Positions 18,666 to 29,241 of a DNA stretch of 64,000 nucleotides are shown one piece after another (within the stretch, counting starts at the first letter, position 1; each line of letters starts with the position of its first letter). The DNA lies in the IMG/VR virus record IMGVR_UViG_3300021960_009431, one strand, 5' to 3'. Source of the DNA: a virus. The translations under genes and the position numbers were made by a program. The notes under the pieces are model-generated. The model did not search any database and was not told the origin of the DNA. It saw nothing but the letters and a program-made list of their open reading frames with translations.

Positions 18666-19383
18666 AGGTCATTCTGGCGCTACTGTATCATTATATAAAG
18701 ACAAAACAACATATAAAGTAGTAAAAGAAAACTATAGTAAAGCACGTGAGAGCGTGGATATCCTTGAGTCTCTCCCATTCAACACACCAAAAGTATATGA
18801 AGTAACTAATGATAAAATAGTTATGGAGTATATTAATGGACAAGATATGGCTTCTTATCTTTTATCTGCAACAGATAAAGACGTAGATAAATTAATAGAA
18901 TTTCTATCTGAGTATATTAGTTGGTGTCTAGATAATTCTGAATACCTAGACTTTTATGAAAGTGTAGCAAGTAAAGTTTTATCATTAGGAAAAGATATTA
19001 ATTTAAATTATATACTAAGTGAAGAATGGTCAAACATACCTTACAGTACTATTCACGGTGATTTTACTTTAGAGAATATTATATTTGCTAATGATAGATT
19101 TTATCTTATAGATGCTAATCCTACTGAATTAAAAAGTATATACTTTGACGCAGTAAAACTAAGACAAGATATAGATTGTTTATGGTTTGTAAGAAAAGAA
19201 AAGAATAAACTACATTATAGAATAGTATGTGAAAAAATTAGTAAAGAATTAAAAAAACGCTTTAACTTTATGCAAAATGATACTATAATGGTATTAATGC
19301 TAGCTAGAATTTTACCATACTGTAAAGATAATTTTACTAGAAATTTTATTACTAAGGAAATACAAAAGATATGGCAGTTATAG
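18643..19383 (+). CDS. APH/choline-kinase-fold phosphotransferase
   Basis: GHSGA glycine loop, MEYING, HGDFTLENI, LID. Confidence 0.75.
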   Translation: MHLVKYLKGHSGATVSLYKDKTTYKVVKENYSKARESVDILESLPFNTPKVYEVTNDKIVMEYINGQDMASYLLSATDKDVDKLIEFLSEYISWCLDNSEYLDFYESVASKVLSLGKDINLNYILSEEWSNIPYSTIHGDFTLENIIFANDRFYLIDANPTELKSIYFDAVKLRQDIDCLWFVRKEKNKLHYRIVCEKISKELKKRFNFMQNDTIMVLMLARILPYCKDNFTRNFITKEIQKIWQL

Positions 19384-20411
19384 TACCTTGCGCTGGTAGA
19401 AGTTCTAGGTTTCCTGGAACTAGACCAAAATACTTACTTACATTATATAATGGGCAGCTAATGGTAGAAAAAGCTGTTGATCCTTATGTGACTACAGAAG
19501 ATATTCATATTGTTATTTTAAAAGAGCATGCAGATCAATATGATGCATTTACAGCATTAAAATTAATCTATGGTGATCGTCCTAATGTAACTATTCATGT
19601 AATTGAAGAAGTAACATCTGGACCAGCAGAGACTGTATATCATGTAGCTAAGCAGTTAAAACCTAACGAGCCTATTTTAATTCAAGATTGTGATAGTTTT
19701 TTTAATGGTAAAGTTTCTAGCTCAAATCAAGTAAGTGTTGCTGATTTGAGAAAATTTAAAGATGTTACTAATGTAGCTGCGAAATCATATGCAGTACTTA
19801 ATGATCAAGACATGCTAACTAATATTATTGAAAAATCTGTTTCAAGTAATTTTATATGTGTAGGAGGTTATGAGTTTGCTGCTGCAAGTGAGTATTGTAT
19901 TAATTTTGAGCAGTTAAAAGAATATGCAAAAGGAGCAGAAATATTTGTTTCACATATTATTAAGAATATGCTTAATACTACAACATTTAATATTCATCAA
20001 GTAGATGAGTTTATTGATTGTGGTACATATACTGAATTTGTAAATTATAATCAATCTAAACCTACAATATTTTGTGATTTAGACGGTACTGTATTTGTTA
20101 ATCAATCTCATTATTTTAAGAACAATTATAGTAATAAACCAGTAGTAATTCCAGCTGCTGTAGAGTATTTACTTAATAAGCAACTACAAGGAAGTAAAAT
20201 TATATTTACCACATCAAGACCAGAAGAGTATAAAGATATTACTCTTGAAGCTTTAAGAGAATGTGGTTTTGAAAATATAAACGTGCTGTTTAATATGCCG
20301 CATGCACCACGGATGGTTATAAACGACAACAGTAAAACTAATCCGTATCCAACCGCTCTTGCTATGAATGTGCCAAGAGATGATAATTCATATTGGGAGA
20401 AGATACTATGA
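19371..20411 (+). CDS. Sugar nucleotidyltransferase fused to HAD phosphatase
   Basis: IVPCAGRSSRF..PK, GPAETV, DCGT; C-term FCDLDGT, FTTSR, RMVIND. Confidence 0.8.
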   Translation: MAVIVPCAGRSSRFPGTRPKYLLTLYNGQLMVEKAVDPYVTTEDIHIVILKEHADQYDAFTALKLIYGDRPNVTIHVIEEVTSGPAETVYHVAKQLKPNEPILIQDCDSFFNGKVSSSNQVSVADLRKFKDVTNVAAKSYAVLNDQDMLTNIIEKSVSSNFICVGGYEFAAASEYCINFEQLKEYAKGAEIFVSHIIKNMLNTTTFNIHQVDEFIDCGTYTEFVNYNQSKPTIFCDLDGTVFVNQSHYFKNNYSNKPVVIPAAVEYLLNKQLQGSKIIFTTSRPEEYKDITLEALRECGFENINVLFNMPHAPRMVINDNSKTNPYPTALAMNVPRDDNSYWEKIL

Positions 20412-21406
20412 TTACATTTACAGAATTTGCTAAAAAAAGAAACTTAATTGAAGATTCAGATGTATTAAGTCGTATTGATACAATGGAAAGCAATTTAACT
20501 AGAGAAAACTTTAAAGATTGTGCTATAGGAATGTTTATGGCTATCTTTGAAGAATATCCAGATGATGATATCTTTACAGGGCATAAATTTTTTCATACTA
20601 AAGTAGTTAAACCATCTTTTACTCGCCCTGATTTTATGGAAAAAGGGTTGCATCCTTTTCGTATGGTAATGGCTCGGCACGCTGAAAGATTGCGAGCAGA
20701 TGGAATACCTGAGTTTGATACTGAGGGTGTTACTATGTATGAAGATTTCTGTAGTGATGAGCATCATAAAAAAATTAAATCAGAAATAGAAAATAATTTT
20801 CCTATAATGGAAAATAAACAACCAGTAAATAGTTATGATCAAATAATTAAATATGATAGTTTAAACCGTTTAGTAAATGGGTCTAGATTATTTGAAATAT
20901 GTGCAAATGCAGCACATAGAAATGCAGATGATGATGCAGCATTAGAACATTTTAAGTTAACAACATATATTCAGAGACTAGAAAATATTCCAGGACCAAA
21001 CGATATTCAAAAAGTATGTCATAGTGATGTATTTTACCCTTGTGTTAAGTATTGGTATTTTCCAGATGCAGTTGAAGAAGATCAAGGACCATTTTTATTC
21101 GCTAGAAATAGTGTTGAATTAAATTATGATATTCTTAATTTTCATTATAGAGAATCTGTAGAAGTAGTTAATAATAGATGGGATCAAAGACGTAATAAAG
21201 GTCATGGAGAAGGATCTTTTAGAGCTATTGATAATGATTTAGAAGATATGAATCTTAGCTTAGAACCCATAACATGTAAACCTAACACATTAGTAATTGC
21301 TAATACAAGTGGTTTTCATTGCAGAGGTGATGCAAAGCAAAGACATATCAGAAGTGCTGTCCATGGAGCTATTAGAGTAGAAACACCATATGATACCTAT
21401 GCTTAA
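20408..21406 (+). CDS. PhyH-like 2OG-Fe(II) dioxygenase
   Basis: HSD...KYWYF...GPF...NTLVIANTSGFHCRG. Confidence 0.7.
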   Translation: MITFTEFAKKRNLIEDSDVLSRIDTMESNLTRENFKDCAIGMFMAIFEEYPDDDIFTGHKFFHTKVVKPSFTRPDFMEKGLHPFRMVMARHAERLRADGIPEFDTEGVTMYEDFCSDEHHKKIKSEIENNFPIMENKQPVNSYDQIIKYDSLNRLVNGSRLFEICANAAHRNADDDAALEHFKLTTYIQRLENIPGPNDIQKVCHSDVFYPCVKYWYFPDAVEEDQGPFLFARNSVELNYDILNFHYRESVEVVNNRWDQRRNKGHGEGSFRAIDNDLEDMNLSLEPITCKPNTLVIANTSGFHCRGDAKQRHIRSAVHGAIRVETPYDTYA

Positions 21407-22331
21407 ACCTATAACTTATGCTTATCTAGAAACTACTAATTATTGTAATCTAGATTGTAGTTTCTGTAACCGTAAAGATGTTATTGGACCTCTTAAACAT
21501 ATGCCTTTAGATCAATGGGTAGAGTTGTTAGAGAAAATTAAACACCATCCTATTAAAGAAGCTAAGCTAATGGGTATGGGTGAACCGTTTTTACATCCAA
21601 AATTTGATGAGATCTGTAGACTATGGAAAGAATATTTTCCTGATTCTTTCTTGATTGTTGCAACTAACTGTCAATATAAATTTACTGATAAAATAGAAAG
21701 AGCGTTTAAGCATATTGACTTAGTATACTTTAGTATTGACGGTTATAAAGAATCATATGAAAGAGATCGATCCCCTGCTAAGTGGGAGAAGCTAATGACA
21801 TTTCTCGAAGGTTTTAAAGAAGTCAATAGAGGTAAATCAAGAGTAACTTGTAATTATGTTGTCAACCCAGATAATATTCAAGACATTCAAACTATCTATG
21901 ATGAGATTGTTGTTCCATATGGACTAGAAGAACTACGACTTAATATTGCGCAATGTTGGGAAGAAGGTGGTTCTATGGATGATAGTTATTCTGAAGAACA
22001 GCTTACATACTTAAGAGATAATTGGCGAGAAAATATTAAAGGTAAATCTGAATGGGATTTTAATAAATGTTTTTGGCCTCAAGAAGGATTATACACTACT
22101 GTAGAAGGTAGAGTATTAATGTGTGCTCTTAATACTGAAGCAAGAAGCTTTGGCAATATTTTTGAGCAAGATTTAGATGAAATAAGAAACAGCTTTGATT
22201 ATCAAGCTGTAAAAAACGGTTGTGAAACTAACTGTCCTACCAAGCATTGTCAGACGTGCTCATATAAACAGTTGATACCAATCTTACAAAAGCTAGGTGT
22301 ACATAATGAAGTATCGGAAGCATCTCGATAA
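21390..22331 (+). CDS. Radical SAM protein with SPASM/twitch domain
   Basis: CNLDCSFC (CX3CX2C), MGEPFLHP, C-terminal Cys cluster. Confidence 0.9.
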   Translation: MIPMLKPITYAYLETTNYCNLDCSFCNRKDVIGPLKHMPLDQWVELLEKIKHHPIKEAKLMGMGEPFLHPKFDEICRLWKEYFPDSFLIVATNCQYKFTDKIERAFKHIDLVYFSIDGYKESYERDRSPAKWEKLMTFLEGFKEVNRGKSRVTCNYVVNPDNIQDIQTIYDEIVVPYGLEELRLNIAQCWEEGGSMDDSYSEEQLTYLRDNWRENIKGKSEWDFNKCFWPQEGLYTTVEGRVLMCALNTEARSFGNIFEQDLDEIRNSFDYQAVKNGCETNCPTKHCQTCSYKQLIPILQKLGVHNEVSEASR

Positions 22332-23313
22332 TGTAGAAAGAATTTCAAGTCCTTCTATAGATCATAGTAAAATTAGATTAAATTCTGCAGAACGAGATCT
22401 GCCTATAGATCAAAATATCTGGAATAAGTACATAAACAGTTTAAAAGAAACTGATGTAAGATACTATCCAGATACAGAATATGCAAAAGAATTAATTGCA
22501 AAGCATGAAGGAGTAAAATCCGGACAAATTACATTAGGATCAGGTTCTGATCAAGTAATAAGAAATGTCTTTGAATGTTTTGTAAATCCAGATGAAAATG
22601 TAGTAACTACCGATCCGTGCTTTCCAATGTATGGAGTTTATGGTAATATCTATAATTTAAATGTAAAAAAAGTACCTTATAGATATGATAAAAAAGATGT
22701 ATCAGCTATTTTATCTGCTATAGATTTTAAAACCTCATTAGTTATATTAAGTAATCCAAGTAGTCCAATTGGAGACTCATACTCTCCTTCAGAACTAAAA
22801 TCTATTATTATTAGAGCAAATGATATGGGTGCTATAGTAGTTATAGATGAAGCTTATATACAGTTCGCTACAAATACTATTAGTTTATCATCTCACGCTT
22901 GGTCATATAGTAATTTAATAGTTATTAAGACATTCTCTAAAGCTGTAGGTGCTGCAGGTATACGTTTTGGCTATGGTATTTCTAATTGTAAGATAACTAA
23001 AATACTTCATAAAGTAAAAAGTATGTATGAGATAACAGGACCAACTATTAAATGGGTAGAAACAGTAGTAAATAATTATACTGAGATTGCTTTATACTGT
23101 GAAAAAGTAAAAATTAATAGAGAGTTGTTAGCTGATAAGTTAAGAGATTATTATGATGTTGTTACAGGTGAATGTAATTGGATTCATACAACTAAAATAG
23201 ATTATCCTGAAGATATTGAAACTAGAACATGTAGTCTGCCTTGGAGTGATCAAGTATGGACTCGTCTCTGTGTGCCTGCTGATACAACAACATTATTGAG
23301 ATTATTAAAATGA
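22306..23313 (+). CDS. PLP-dependent class I/II aminotransferase (HisC/CobD-like)
   Basis: LGSGSD, SNPSSPIG, IDEAY, KTFSKAVGAAGIRFGY. Confidence 0.85.
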   Translation: MKYRKHLDNVERISSPSIDHSKIRLNSAERDLPIDQNIWNKYINSLKETDVRYYPDTEYAKELIAKHEGVKSGQITLGSGSDQVIRNVFECFVNPDENVVTTDPCFPMYGVYGNIYNLNVKKVPYRYDKKDVSAILSAIDFKTSLVILSNPSSPIGDSYSPSELKSIIIRANDMGAIVVIDEAYIQFATNTISLSSHAWSYSNLIVIKTFSKAVGAAGIRFGYGISNCKITKILHKVKSMYEITGPTIKWVETVVNNYTEIALYCEKVKINRELLADKLRDYYDVVTGECNWIHTTKIDYPEDIETRTCSLPWSDQVWTRLCVPADTTTLLRLLK

Positions 23314-24116
23314 AAATAGCAGTTTGTTATAGTGGCCAACTTAGAGCAATGCCTTATTGTATTGATAGTCTACAAGTAGCTTTTCCTGATTGTGATGTTG
23401 ACACATATGCGACTGTATGGGATTATGATGATACATCTGATCTTTTAAAAATACCAAACCTAGTAAAATTTGAATATACTAATAATTTTAAGCTTAGTAA
23501 ATATTCAGAGTTTGAAATTAAAGCTATTGAAGAAGGGTTTAAAAATGTATCTCAGGTTGAAAATTGGGCTCCTATTCCTGTATGGAATTTAACCAGAATA
23601 GAATTAATGGCTCAAAATAGTTTTAAGTTAATTAATAGAGATTATGATTATATTGTAAGAGCAAGATATGATACTAAATTCTTAAAAGATATAACTGGTT
23701 TATTAAGTAAAGATTATATCTTACTTACAGAAGATGTAGGAGGATCAGCTGAATGGGATACATGGAAGGACACACGAAGCGTATTTGATGGATTTGCTGC
23801 AGGAAGTCAAGAAAAAATGACTAAATATTATGGGTTTGCAGATTGGCTTCCTAATTACTTTAATCATCACTCTGAAACTTTAAAAGCAGAAAGAACATTG
23901 GGTTGGTATCTAGCTAAAGAAGCTAAAGTAAATACCGGTTTTACAATAGATATATTAGGTATTCAAGTTAACGAAAATGAATGGTATAATAGAAATAATC
24001 CTATTAAAACTAATTCTCTCAAAACTAAACAAATAGGTACGTTTGATTTCTATAAAAGTGATTTAGAAAAAAATCACCCTTCTGTATATAAAAAAATAGT
24101 GGATAAATTTAAATGA
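23310..24116 (+). CDS. Putative glycosyltransferase (MKIAVCxSGQxR family)
   Basis: MKIAVCYSGQLR, YDYIVRARYD, DGFAAG. Confidence 0.6.
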   Translation: MKIAVCYSGQLRAMPYCIDSLQVAFPDCDVDTYATVWDYDDTSDLLKIPNLVKFEYTNNFKLSKYSEFEIKAIEEGFKNVSQVENWAPIPVWNLTRIELMAQNSFKLINRDYDYIVRARYDTKFLKDITGLLSKDYILLTEDVGGSAEWDTWKDTRSVFDGFAAGSQEKMTKYYGFADWLPNYFNHHSETLKAERTLGWYLAKEAKVNTGFTIDILGIQVNENEWYNRNNPIKTNSLKTKQIGTFDFYKSDLEKNHPSVYKKIVDKFK

Positions 24117-24967
24117 AGATAGCTGTTGTATATAGTGGAGAGCCTAGATCGTTTGCTAAAGTAAAACCTCAACATGATCAATTCTTTGATGGTGTAGAAG
24201 TAGATACATATCATTCTACCTGGTCTAAAACATCTAATGAACAGGTAGAGATTATTAGGAATGTCAGTTCTAATAGAAAAAATTTATCTTTTGTTGACTA
24301 TAATATTCCTGAAAGACCAGATTTAGTAAGATTCGAAAAACTACTTCTTAATTTAAAACAAAATCATCCTATCTTTATGCTTGGACGTATTCAATATATG
24401 ACAAGTATGGCTCTTTACTATGTATCGTGGGAAGAATTAAATACGTATGATTTTATAGTTAGAATGAGATATGATTTTGAGTTTGAAGGTAAGTTTACTG
24501 ATCTTATTCCAAATGATGTAATGAATAATGATATCTTTATTACTCGAAAAATGGGAGGTAAATCTAGTCCGATAAACATATGGGACGGTTTTGCTTTCGG
24601 TAAGCCATACGCAATGAGCTTTTATTTTGATTTTAACAAATGGATACCATTTAGTTTATTTAATAAAGATATTCAAGGATGGAAGTTTCAACCAGAGTTT
24701 GCATACGGTACTTATTTAAGACATGTACAATTAAATGTAAGAGATTGCCAGGTTCAACCGCACCATATATATTGGGAAGGTATGAATGTAGACGATCATC
24801 GAATAACAAGAACTATTCAATATTATAGAGATTTAGTAAATTTTCATCCTGAGTACTACGCTCAAAGAAATGGTAAATTAATAATAGAAAATGATAGTCC
24901 TACTGTATCCGATGAATTAATTATAAGTAAATTAGCTGAAGAGGGGTATAAATGTGTTGAAGTATAA
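24113..24967 (+). CDS. Putative glycosyltransferase, paralogue of previous gene
   Basis: MKIAVVYSGEPR, YDFIVRMRYD, DGFAFG. Confidence 0.6.
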   Translation: MKIAVVYSGEPRSFAKVKPQHDQFFDGVEVDTYHSTWSKTSNEQVEIIRNVSSNRKNLSFVDYNIPERPDLVRFEKLLLNLKQNHPIFMLGRIQYMTSMALYYVSWEELNTYDFIVRMRYDFEFEGKFTDLIPNDVMNNDIFITRKMGGKSSPINIWDGFAFGKPYAMSFYFDFNKWIPFSLFNKDIQGWKFQPEFAYGTYLRHVQLNVRDCQVQPHHIYWEGMNVDDHRITRTIQYYRDLVNFHPEYYAQRNGKLIIENDSPTVSDELIISKLAEEGYKCVEV

Positions 24968-25598
24968 CAGACAAACACCTTGTGTATATCATCATATCAA
25001 AGTAATGTTTCATGGTATACCTAAAAATGCCTCTACTAGTGTAAAAAATATTTTATATGAAGCAAACTGGGGTAAGCCTTTTGATGGAAATAAACAATGG
25101 ATACATAAAGGAAACGAAAAGGGAGGTTCAATTTACCCTTCAATTGATATGGTTGTGTCTAATAAGTTTAAACCTTATAAACATTTTACTGTTGTTAGGA
25201 GTCCTTATCTACGGTTTATAAGTTTTTATAATGATTTATTTTTAGGAAAGACTAATATAAGAAATAACATTCCTCCATTCTATATAGATAACAATATTAA
25301 TTTAAGTAAAAAACCTGTAGATGAAGTATTGGATATTATACAGAGTTTTGATGATAATGAAGCAGATGAGCATTTTGCTTCTCAATCATCGTTTGTATAT
25401 GGAGAAAATGTAGAATACATAAAAATGGAAAACTTGCAAAAAGAATGGGAATCATTTAGTAAAAAAATAAACATTGCATTCCAGCCGCTTCCAGTATATA
25501 ATAAATCAGATAATGCAGTACTGCTTACTGACAATCAAAAAGAAAAAATTTATAAAAGATATCAGCAAGATTTTGAAAGGTTCAATTATGAGCGATAA
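24954..25598 (+). CDS. Sulfotransferase (Sulfotransfer_2-like)
   Basis: IPKNASTSV 5'-PSB loop; VRSPYLRFISFY 3'-PB motif; HFASQ; YQQDFERFNY. Confidence 0.85.
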   Translation: MLKYNRQTPCVYHHIKVMFHGIPKNASTSVKNILYEANWGKPFDGNKQWIHKGNEKGGSIYPSIDMVVSNKFKPYKHFTVVRSPYLRFISFYNDLFLGKTNIRNNIPPFYIDNNINLSKKPVDEVLDIIQSFDDNEADEHFASQSSFVYGENVEYIKMENLQKEWESFSKKINIAFQPLPVYNKSDNAVLLTDNQKEKIYKRYQQDFERFNYER

Positions 25599-26325
25599 GG
25601 TAAGAATTTTTATTGGCTCTTCTGCTAATGGTGAAGACGCAGAAGCTGAAATGACATATGAATATTCATTACGTAAGAATACAGACAGGGAGGTAGAAAT
25701 TACATGGATGAAGCAAACTCACGACGAGTCGTCGATATGGGGTGGATGGGCAACAGAACGATGGTCTACTCCCTTCTCTGGGTTTCGATGGGCTATTCCG
25801 GAGGCATGTGGCTTTAAAGGAAGAGCAATCTATACAGATTGTGATATGATTAATTTTAGAGATATTGGAGACTTGTTAGATGAAGATCTTCAAGGAAAAC
25901 CGGTCGGTGCTAGACCTGGCACTCGCTTTGGCGGCCATGAGTTTTGTGTTATGGTGTTCGATTGTGCTGCTTTTGAACCTTATTCCATACCTGTTAGCAG
26001 GATGAAAGCTATTGCAGAATCACATCATCGTATGATTGGTAATTTTTCTGGAAACTCTCAACTAGTTCATAATTTAGATCCTCGATGGAATTGCTTAGAC
26101 GGAGAAAATTATGCAGTAGAAGATATTTGGCATCTACATTACACTAAGATGGCTTCTCAACCTTGGCAGCCTGATTGGTTTAAAGGTACAGCAGAAAAAC
26201 ATGCTCGTCCTGAACTTGTTGAGCTCTGGCATAAAACAAGAGAAGAAGCTTCTGAAGCTGGTTACGTTTCTGGTAATTATCTTCCTGAAGAGAAATACGG
26301 TGAATATAATATTATAGGAATGTAA
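25588..26325 (+). CDS. GT-A fold glycosyltransferase (GT8-like)
   Basis: STPFSGFRWAIP, RAIYTDCDM (DxD), WNCLD, LHYT..QPW. Confidence 0.75.
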   Translation: MSDKVRIFIGSSANGEDAEAEMTYEYSLRKNTDREVEITWMKQTHDESSIWGGWATERWSTPFSGFRWAIPEACGFKGRAIYTDCDMINFRDIGDLLDEDLQGKPVGARPGTRFGGHEFCVMVFDCAAFEPYSIPVSRMKAIAESHHRMIGNFSGNSQLVHNLDPRWNCLDGENYAVEDIWHLHYTKMASQPWQPDWFKGTAEKHARPELVELWHKTREEASEAGYVSGNYLPEEKYGEYNIIGM

Positions 26326-26726
26326 TGTTAAGAAATATTGTAAATAAAATACCTGAATTTTGTTTAAGTCATTGGTTATTAAGAATACCTTTGTCAATTG
26401 TATTTTTACAGCAAGGTATAAGTAAACTTCCATTTAGTGTAGAAGATGCTACAGCAATGGAATTGCCTGCTCTTGTTTGGTGGTTTGTTGTTTATGGGGA
26501 AATAGGTGCAGGGCTAGGTTTACTTGTAGGTGGTTTAACGTTAAAGTACAAAGAAATATTTGATTTACTTACTCGTTTTTCTGGTATTACTATGTGTTGT
26601 ATTATGACAGGAGTAATATGGACATTACAACCAGAAAGCTTCTTAGAAGTAATTTTATATGATAATTTTCATGTATTACTTTGGGTAGGCGGTTTATATT
26701 TTGCTCTCAGAGGAAACAGAACATAA
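26325..26726 (+). CDS. DoxX-family membrane protein
   Basis: LLRIPLSIVFLQQGISK, GEIGAGLGLLVG, TRFSG; 4 TM. Confidence 0.8.
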   Translation: MLRNIVNKIPEFCLSHWLLRIPLSIVFLQQGISKLPFSVEDATAMELPALVWWFVVYGEIGAGLGLLVGGLTLKYKEIFDLLTRFSGITMCCIMTGVIWTLQPESFLEVILYDNFHVLLWVGGLYFALRGNRT

Positions 26727-27622
26727 TGGACGTTAACGTTTATATTGATAGTGCTAACGATAACAAATTTATAAAAATGCTTTCTGATTTTACTATTGGA
26801 GCTAAACGTTCCGGTGATAATATAAGATCAGTAAAAGGTGATTATGAGAAAGCAGATGTACATGTAATATTTGGATCTTGGAAAGATAGAGATGTACTTC
26901 ATCACAATGTAAAGAGATCTGTAGTAGAAAAAGCTAAAAAGTTTGTCTGTATAGAAACACCGCTTGTAGGAAGAAAAGCTGTAAAAAACGTAGGTGATGA
27001 TGTTTGGTATAGAGTTGGTGTAAATGGTTTTCTTGCTGATACTGGAAACTTTAATAATAAAAATAGACCTTCTGATAGATGGCATAAAATAAAAAAAGAA
27101 TTAAATGTAGAGTTAAAACCCTATCAAACTGCCGGTGAGTATATTTTAGTAACATTACAAGTACCAGGTGACGCGTCATTAAGAGGATGTGTAATTGAAG
27201 AATGGTGTTGGGAAGTATGTCATACTATAAGAAGATATACTAAACGTCCTATACTAATTCGTACATCTCAAGTACCTAAGCAGTTTAATTTTGAGCTTCT
27301 AAATAAGCTTACAGATCGTTTAGATAATATAGCATTTCAAGAAGGAACAAAAGAAAATTTAATTCCTACTTTAGAGCAATGCTGGGCAACAGTAACATAC
27401 TCATCAGGTATGGGTATAGACAGCTACATAAATGGTGTTCCAAGTTTTACATTGGATAAAGGTAACTTTGCATACTGTTTAGGTAATACTAACTTAAAAC
27501 ATATAGAGAGCCCTGATCTCCCTGATAGACAACAGTGGTTAAGTAATCTCTGCTATGCACAATGGTGTGAGCATGAGATGCAAGAAGGTAAAGTGTGGAA
27601 TCATCTAAAAGAAGTTTTGTAA
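26726..27622 (+). CDS. Capsule-synthesis (KpsS/GT107-like) glycosyltransferase
   Basis: YILVTLQVPGDASL...VTYSSGMGIDSYINGVP; the usual HP motif appears replaced (RTSQ). Confidence 0.6.
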   Translation: MDVNVYIDSANDNKFIKMLSDFTIGAKRSGDNIRSVKGDYEKADVHVIFGSWKDRDVLHHNVKRSVVEKAKKFVCIETPLVGRKAVKNVGDDVWYRVGVNGFLADTGNFNNKNRPSDRWHKIKKELNVELKPYQTAGEYILVTLQVPGDASLRGCVIEEWCWEVCHTIRRYTKRPILIRTSQVPKQFNFELLNKLTDRLDNIAFQEGTKENLIPTLEQCWATVTYSSGMGIDSYINGVPSFTLDKGNFAYCLGNTNLKHIESPDLPDRQQWLSNLCYAQWCEHEMQEGKVWNHLKEVL

Positions 27623-27810
27623 AGACTATAACTTGGCGTATCTGTGCTACTCTTATTACTTTTTTTGTAGCTTGGATAGTAACAGGAAGTATAGAATTTG
27701 GTATTGCTGTTGGAGCTATTGAATTCTGGGTAAAATTAATTTTTTATTACTTGCATGAGAGAGCATGGAGTAATTTGAGTTGGGAAAAATATTATGAGAA
27801 TAGAAAATGA
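27595..27810 (+). CDS. DUF2061-family membrane protein
   Basis: [14 protein letters not shown]...[12 protein letters not shown]. Confidence 0.85.
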   Translation: MESSKRSFVKTITWRICATLITFFVAWIVTGSIEFGIAVGAIEFWVKLIFYYLHERAWSNLSWEKYYENRK

Positions 27811-28822
27811 ATTGAAATTAGACTATAGTAATGTTTTAATAAGACCTAAGCGAAGCACTCTTGGTTCTCGAAAAGAAGTAAAACTTTCAAGAGAGTTTAA
27901 ATTTAGAAACTCAGTTAGTGAATATGAAGGTATTCCTATCATGGCTGCTAATATGGATGGCGTAGGTACATTTGAAGTAGCTCTAACATTAGCTAAAAAT
28001 GATATCTTTACTTGCTTAGCTAAGTCTTATCATTCAGAAGACATCGTTGATTTTTTTAAACCTTTTGATCCTATGCGTTCAAATAATATAGCTATGAGTA
28101 TAGGTATATCAGATTTAGACGAAGAAAAATTTCAATACGTTTATCAAGAGTTAGGTACTACACTAAAATATGTATGTATTGATGTAGCAAATGGTTATAG
28201 CGAACGGTTTAGTAACTTTGTAAGAAAGTTTCGAAAACAATATCCTTACATTACTATAATTGCAGGTAATGTAGTTACTGGTGAAATGACAGAGGAGTTA
28301 ATCTTAAATGGAGCTGATATTGTTAAAGTGGGTATTGGTCCCGGGTCTGTTTGCACTACTCGCATTCAAACTGGTGTTGGATATCCGCAGCTATCAGCAG
28401 TCATCGAATGCGCAGACGCTGCCCATGGACTCGGCGGTCACATTATTGCTGACGGTGGGTGTACTAGCCCTGGAGATGTCGCTAAGGCCTTTGCAGGTGG
28501 AGCAGATTTTGTTATGCTTGGCGGCATGCTTGCTGGGCACGATGAGGGCGGTGGTGACGTAATTAACGGTAAAGTTACATTTTATGGTATGAGCTCTAAA
28601 GCTGCTAATGATAAACATTTTGGGGGATTAAAAGAGTATAGATCTTCAGAAGGAAGAGAAGTAAGTATTGACTATAAAGGTGATATCAATACTACTATGC
28701 AAAATATACTTGGAGGTTTAAGATCTGCTTGTACTTATGCAGGAGCTCAGAAACTTAAACAATTAAGTAAGTGTACAACTTTTATACGGTGTAATGATAC
28801 GCACAATAGGATTTATGAATGA
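27794..28822 (+). CDS. guaC: GMP reductase
   Basis: [45 protein letters not shown]. Confidence 0.95.
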   Translation: MRIENELKLDYSNVLIRPKRSTLGSRKEVKLSREFKFRNSVSEYEGIPIMAANMDGVGTFEVALTLAKNDIFTCLAKSYHSEDIVDFFKPFDPMRSNNIAMSIGISDLDEEKFQYVYQELGTTLKYVCIDVANGYSERFSNFVRKFRKQYPYITIIAGNVVTGEMTEELILNGADIVKVGIGPGSVCTTRIQTGVGYPQLSAVIECADAAHGLGGHIIADGGCTSPGDVAKAFAGGADFVMLGGMLAGHDEGGGDVINGKVTFYGMSSKAANDKHFGGLKEYRSSEGREVSIDYKGDINTTMQNILGGLRSACTYAGAQKLKQLSKCTTFIRCNDTHNRIYE

Positions 28823-29241
28823 GAATACTAATTATGGGTTTGCCAGGATCTGGTAAGACTCATCTTGCTACTAGATTACAACATCATTTAAATGACTGTG
28901 CTTGGTATAATGCAGATGCTATTCGTAAAATGGCTGACGATTGGGACTTTAGTGATGCTGGACGCTTGCGTCAAGCTGAACGTATGAATACATTAGCTAC
29001 ATTTGAAGGAATTAGAGGTCGAAATGTAATATGCGATTTTGTATGTCCTACTAATGAAACGCGAAAGCTTTTTAGTCATGAAGTTATGATCTGGATGAAT
29101 ACAATTGAAGCTGGTCGCTTTGAAGATACAAATAAAATGTTTGAACCTCCAGAAGATGCTACTTATGTGGTAAAAGGATTTCAAACAGATGAAGAAATTA
29201 AAAAATTCGCTGTGAGGTTAAAAGAAAATTATGGTATTTAA
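28819..29241 (+). CDS. cysC: Adenylylsulfate kinase-like P-loop kinase
   Basis: [31 protein letters not shown]. Confidence 0.75.
   Translation: MRILIMGLPGSGKTHLATRLQHHLNDCAWYNADAIRKMADDWDFSDAGRLRQAERMNTLATFEGIRGRNVICDFVCPTNETRKLFSHEVMIWMNTIEAGRFEDTNKMFEPPEDATYVVKGFQTDEEIKKFAVRLKENYGI

Noticed and set aside
20408-20450. CTS-like start MITFTEFAKK on the PhyH-like dioxygenase
   Set aside because: Only partial match, no Glu at position 10, and gene lies outside the late virion cluster
22306-23313. CobD for cobalamin synthesis to serve NrdJ, or true hisC
   Set aside because: No other cob or his genes in the window; context is glycan tailoring, so only the family is called
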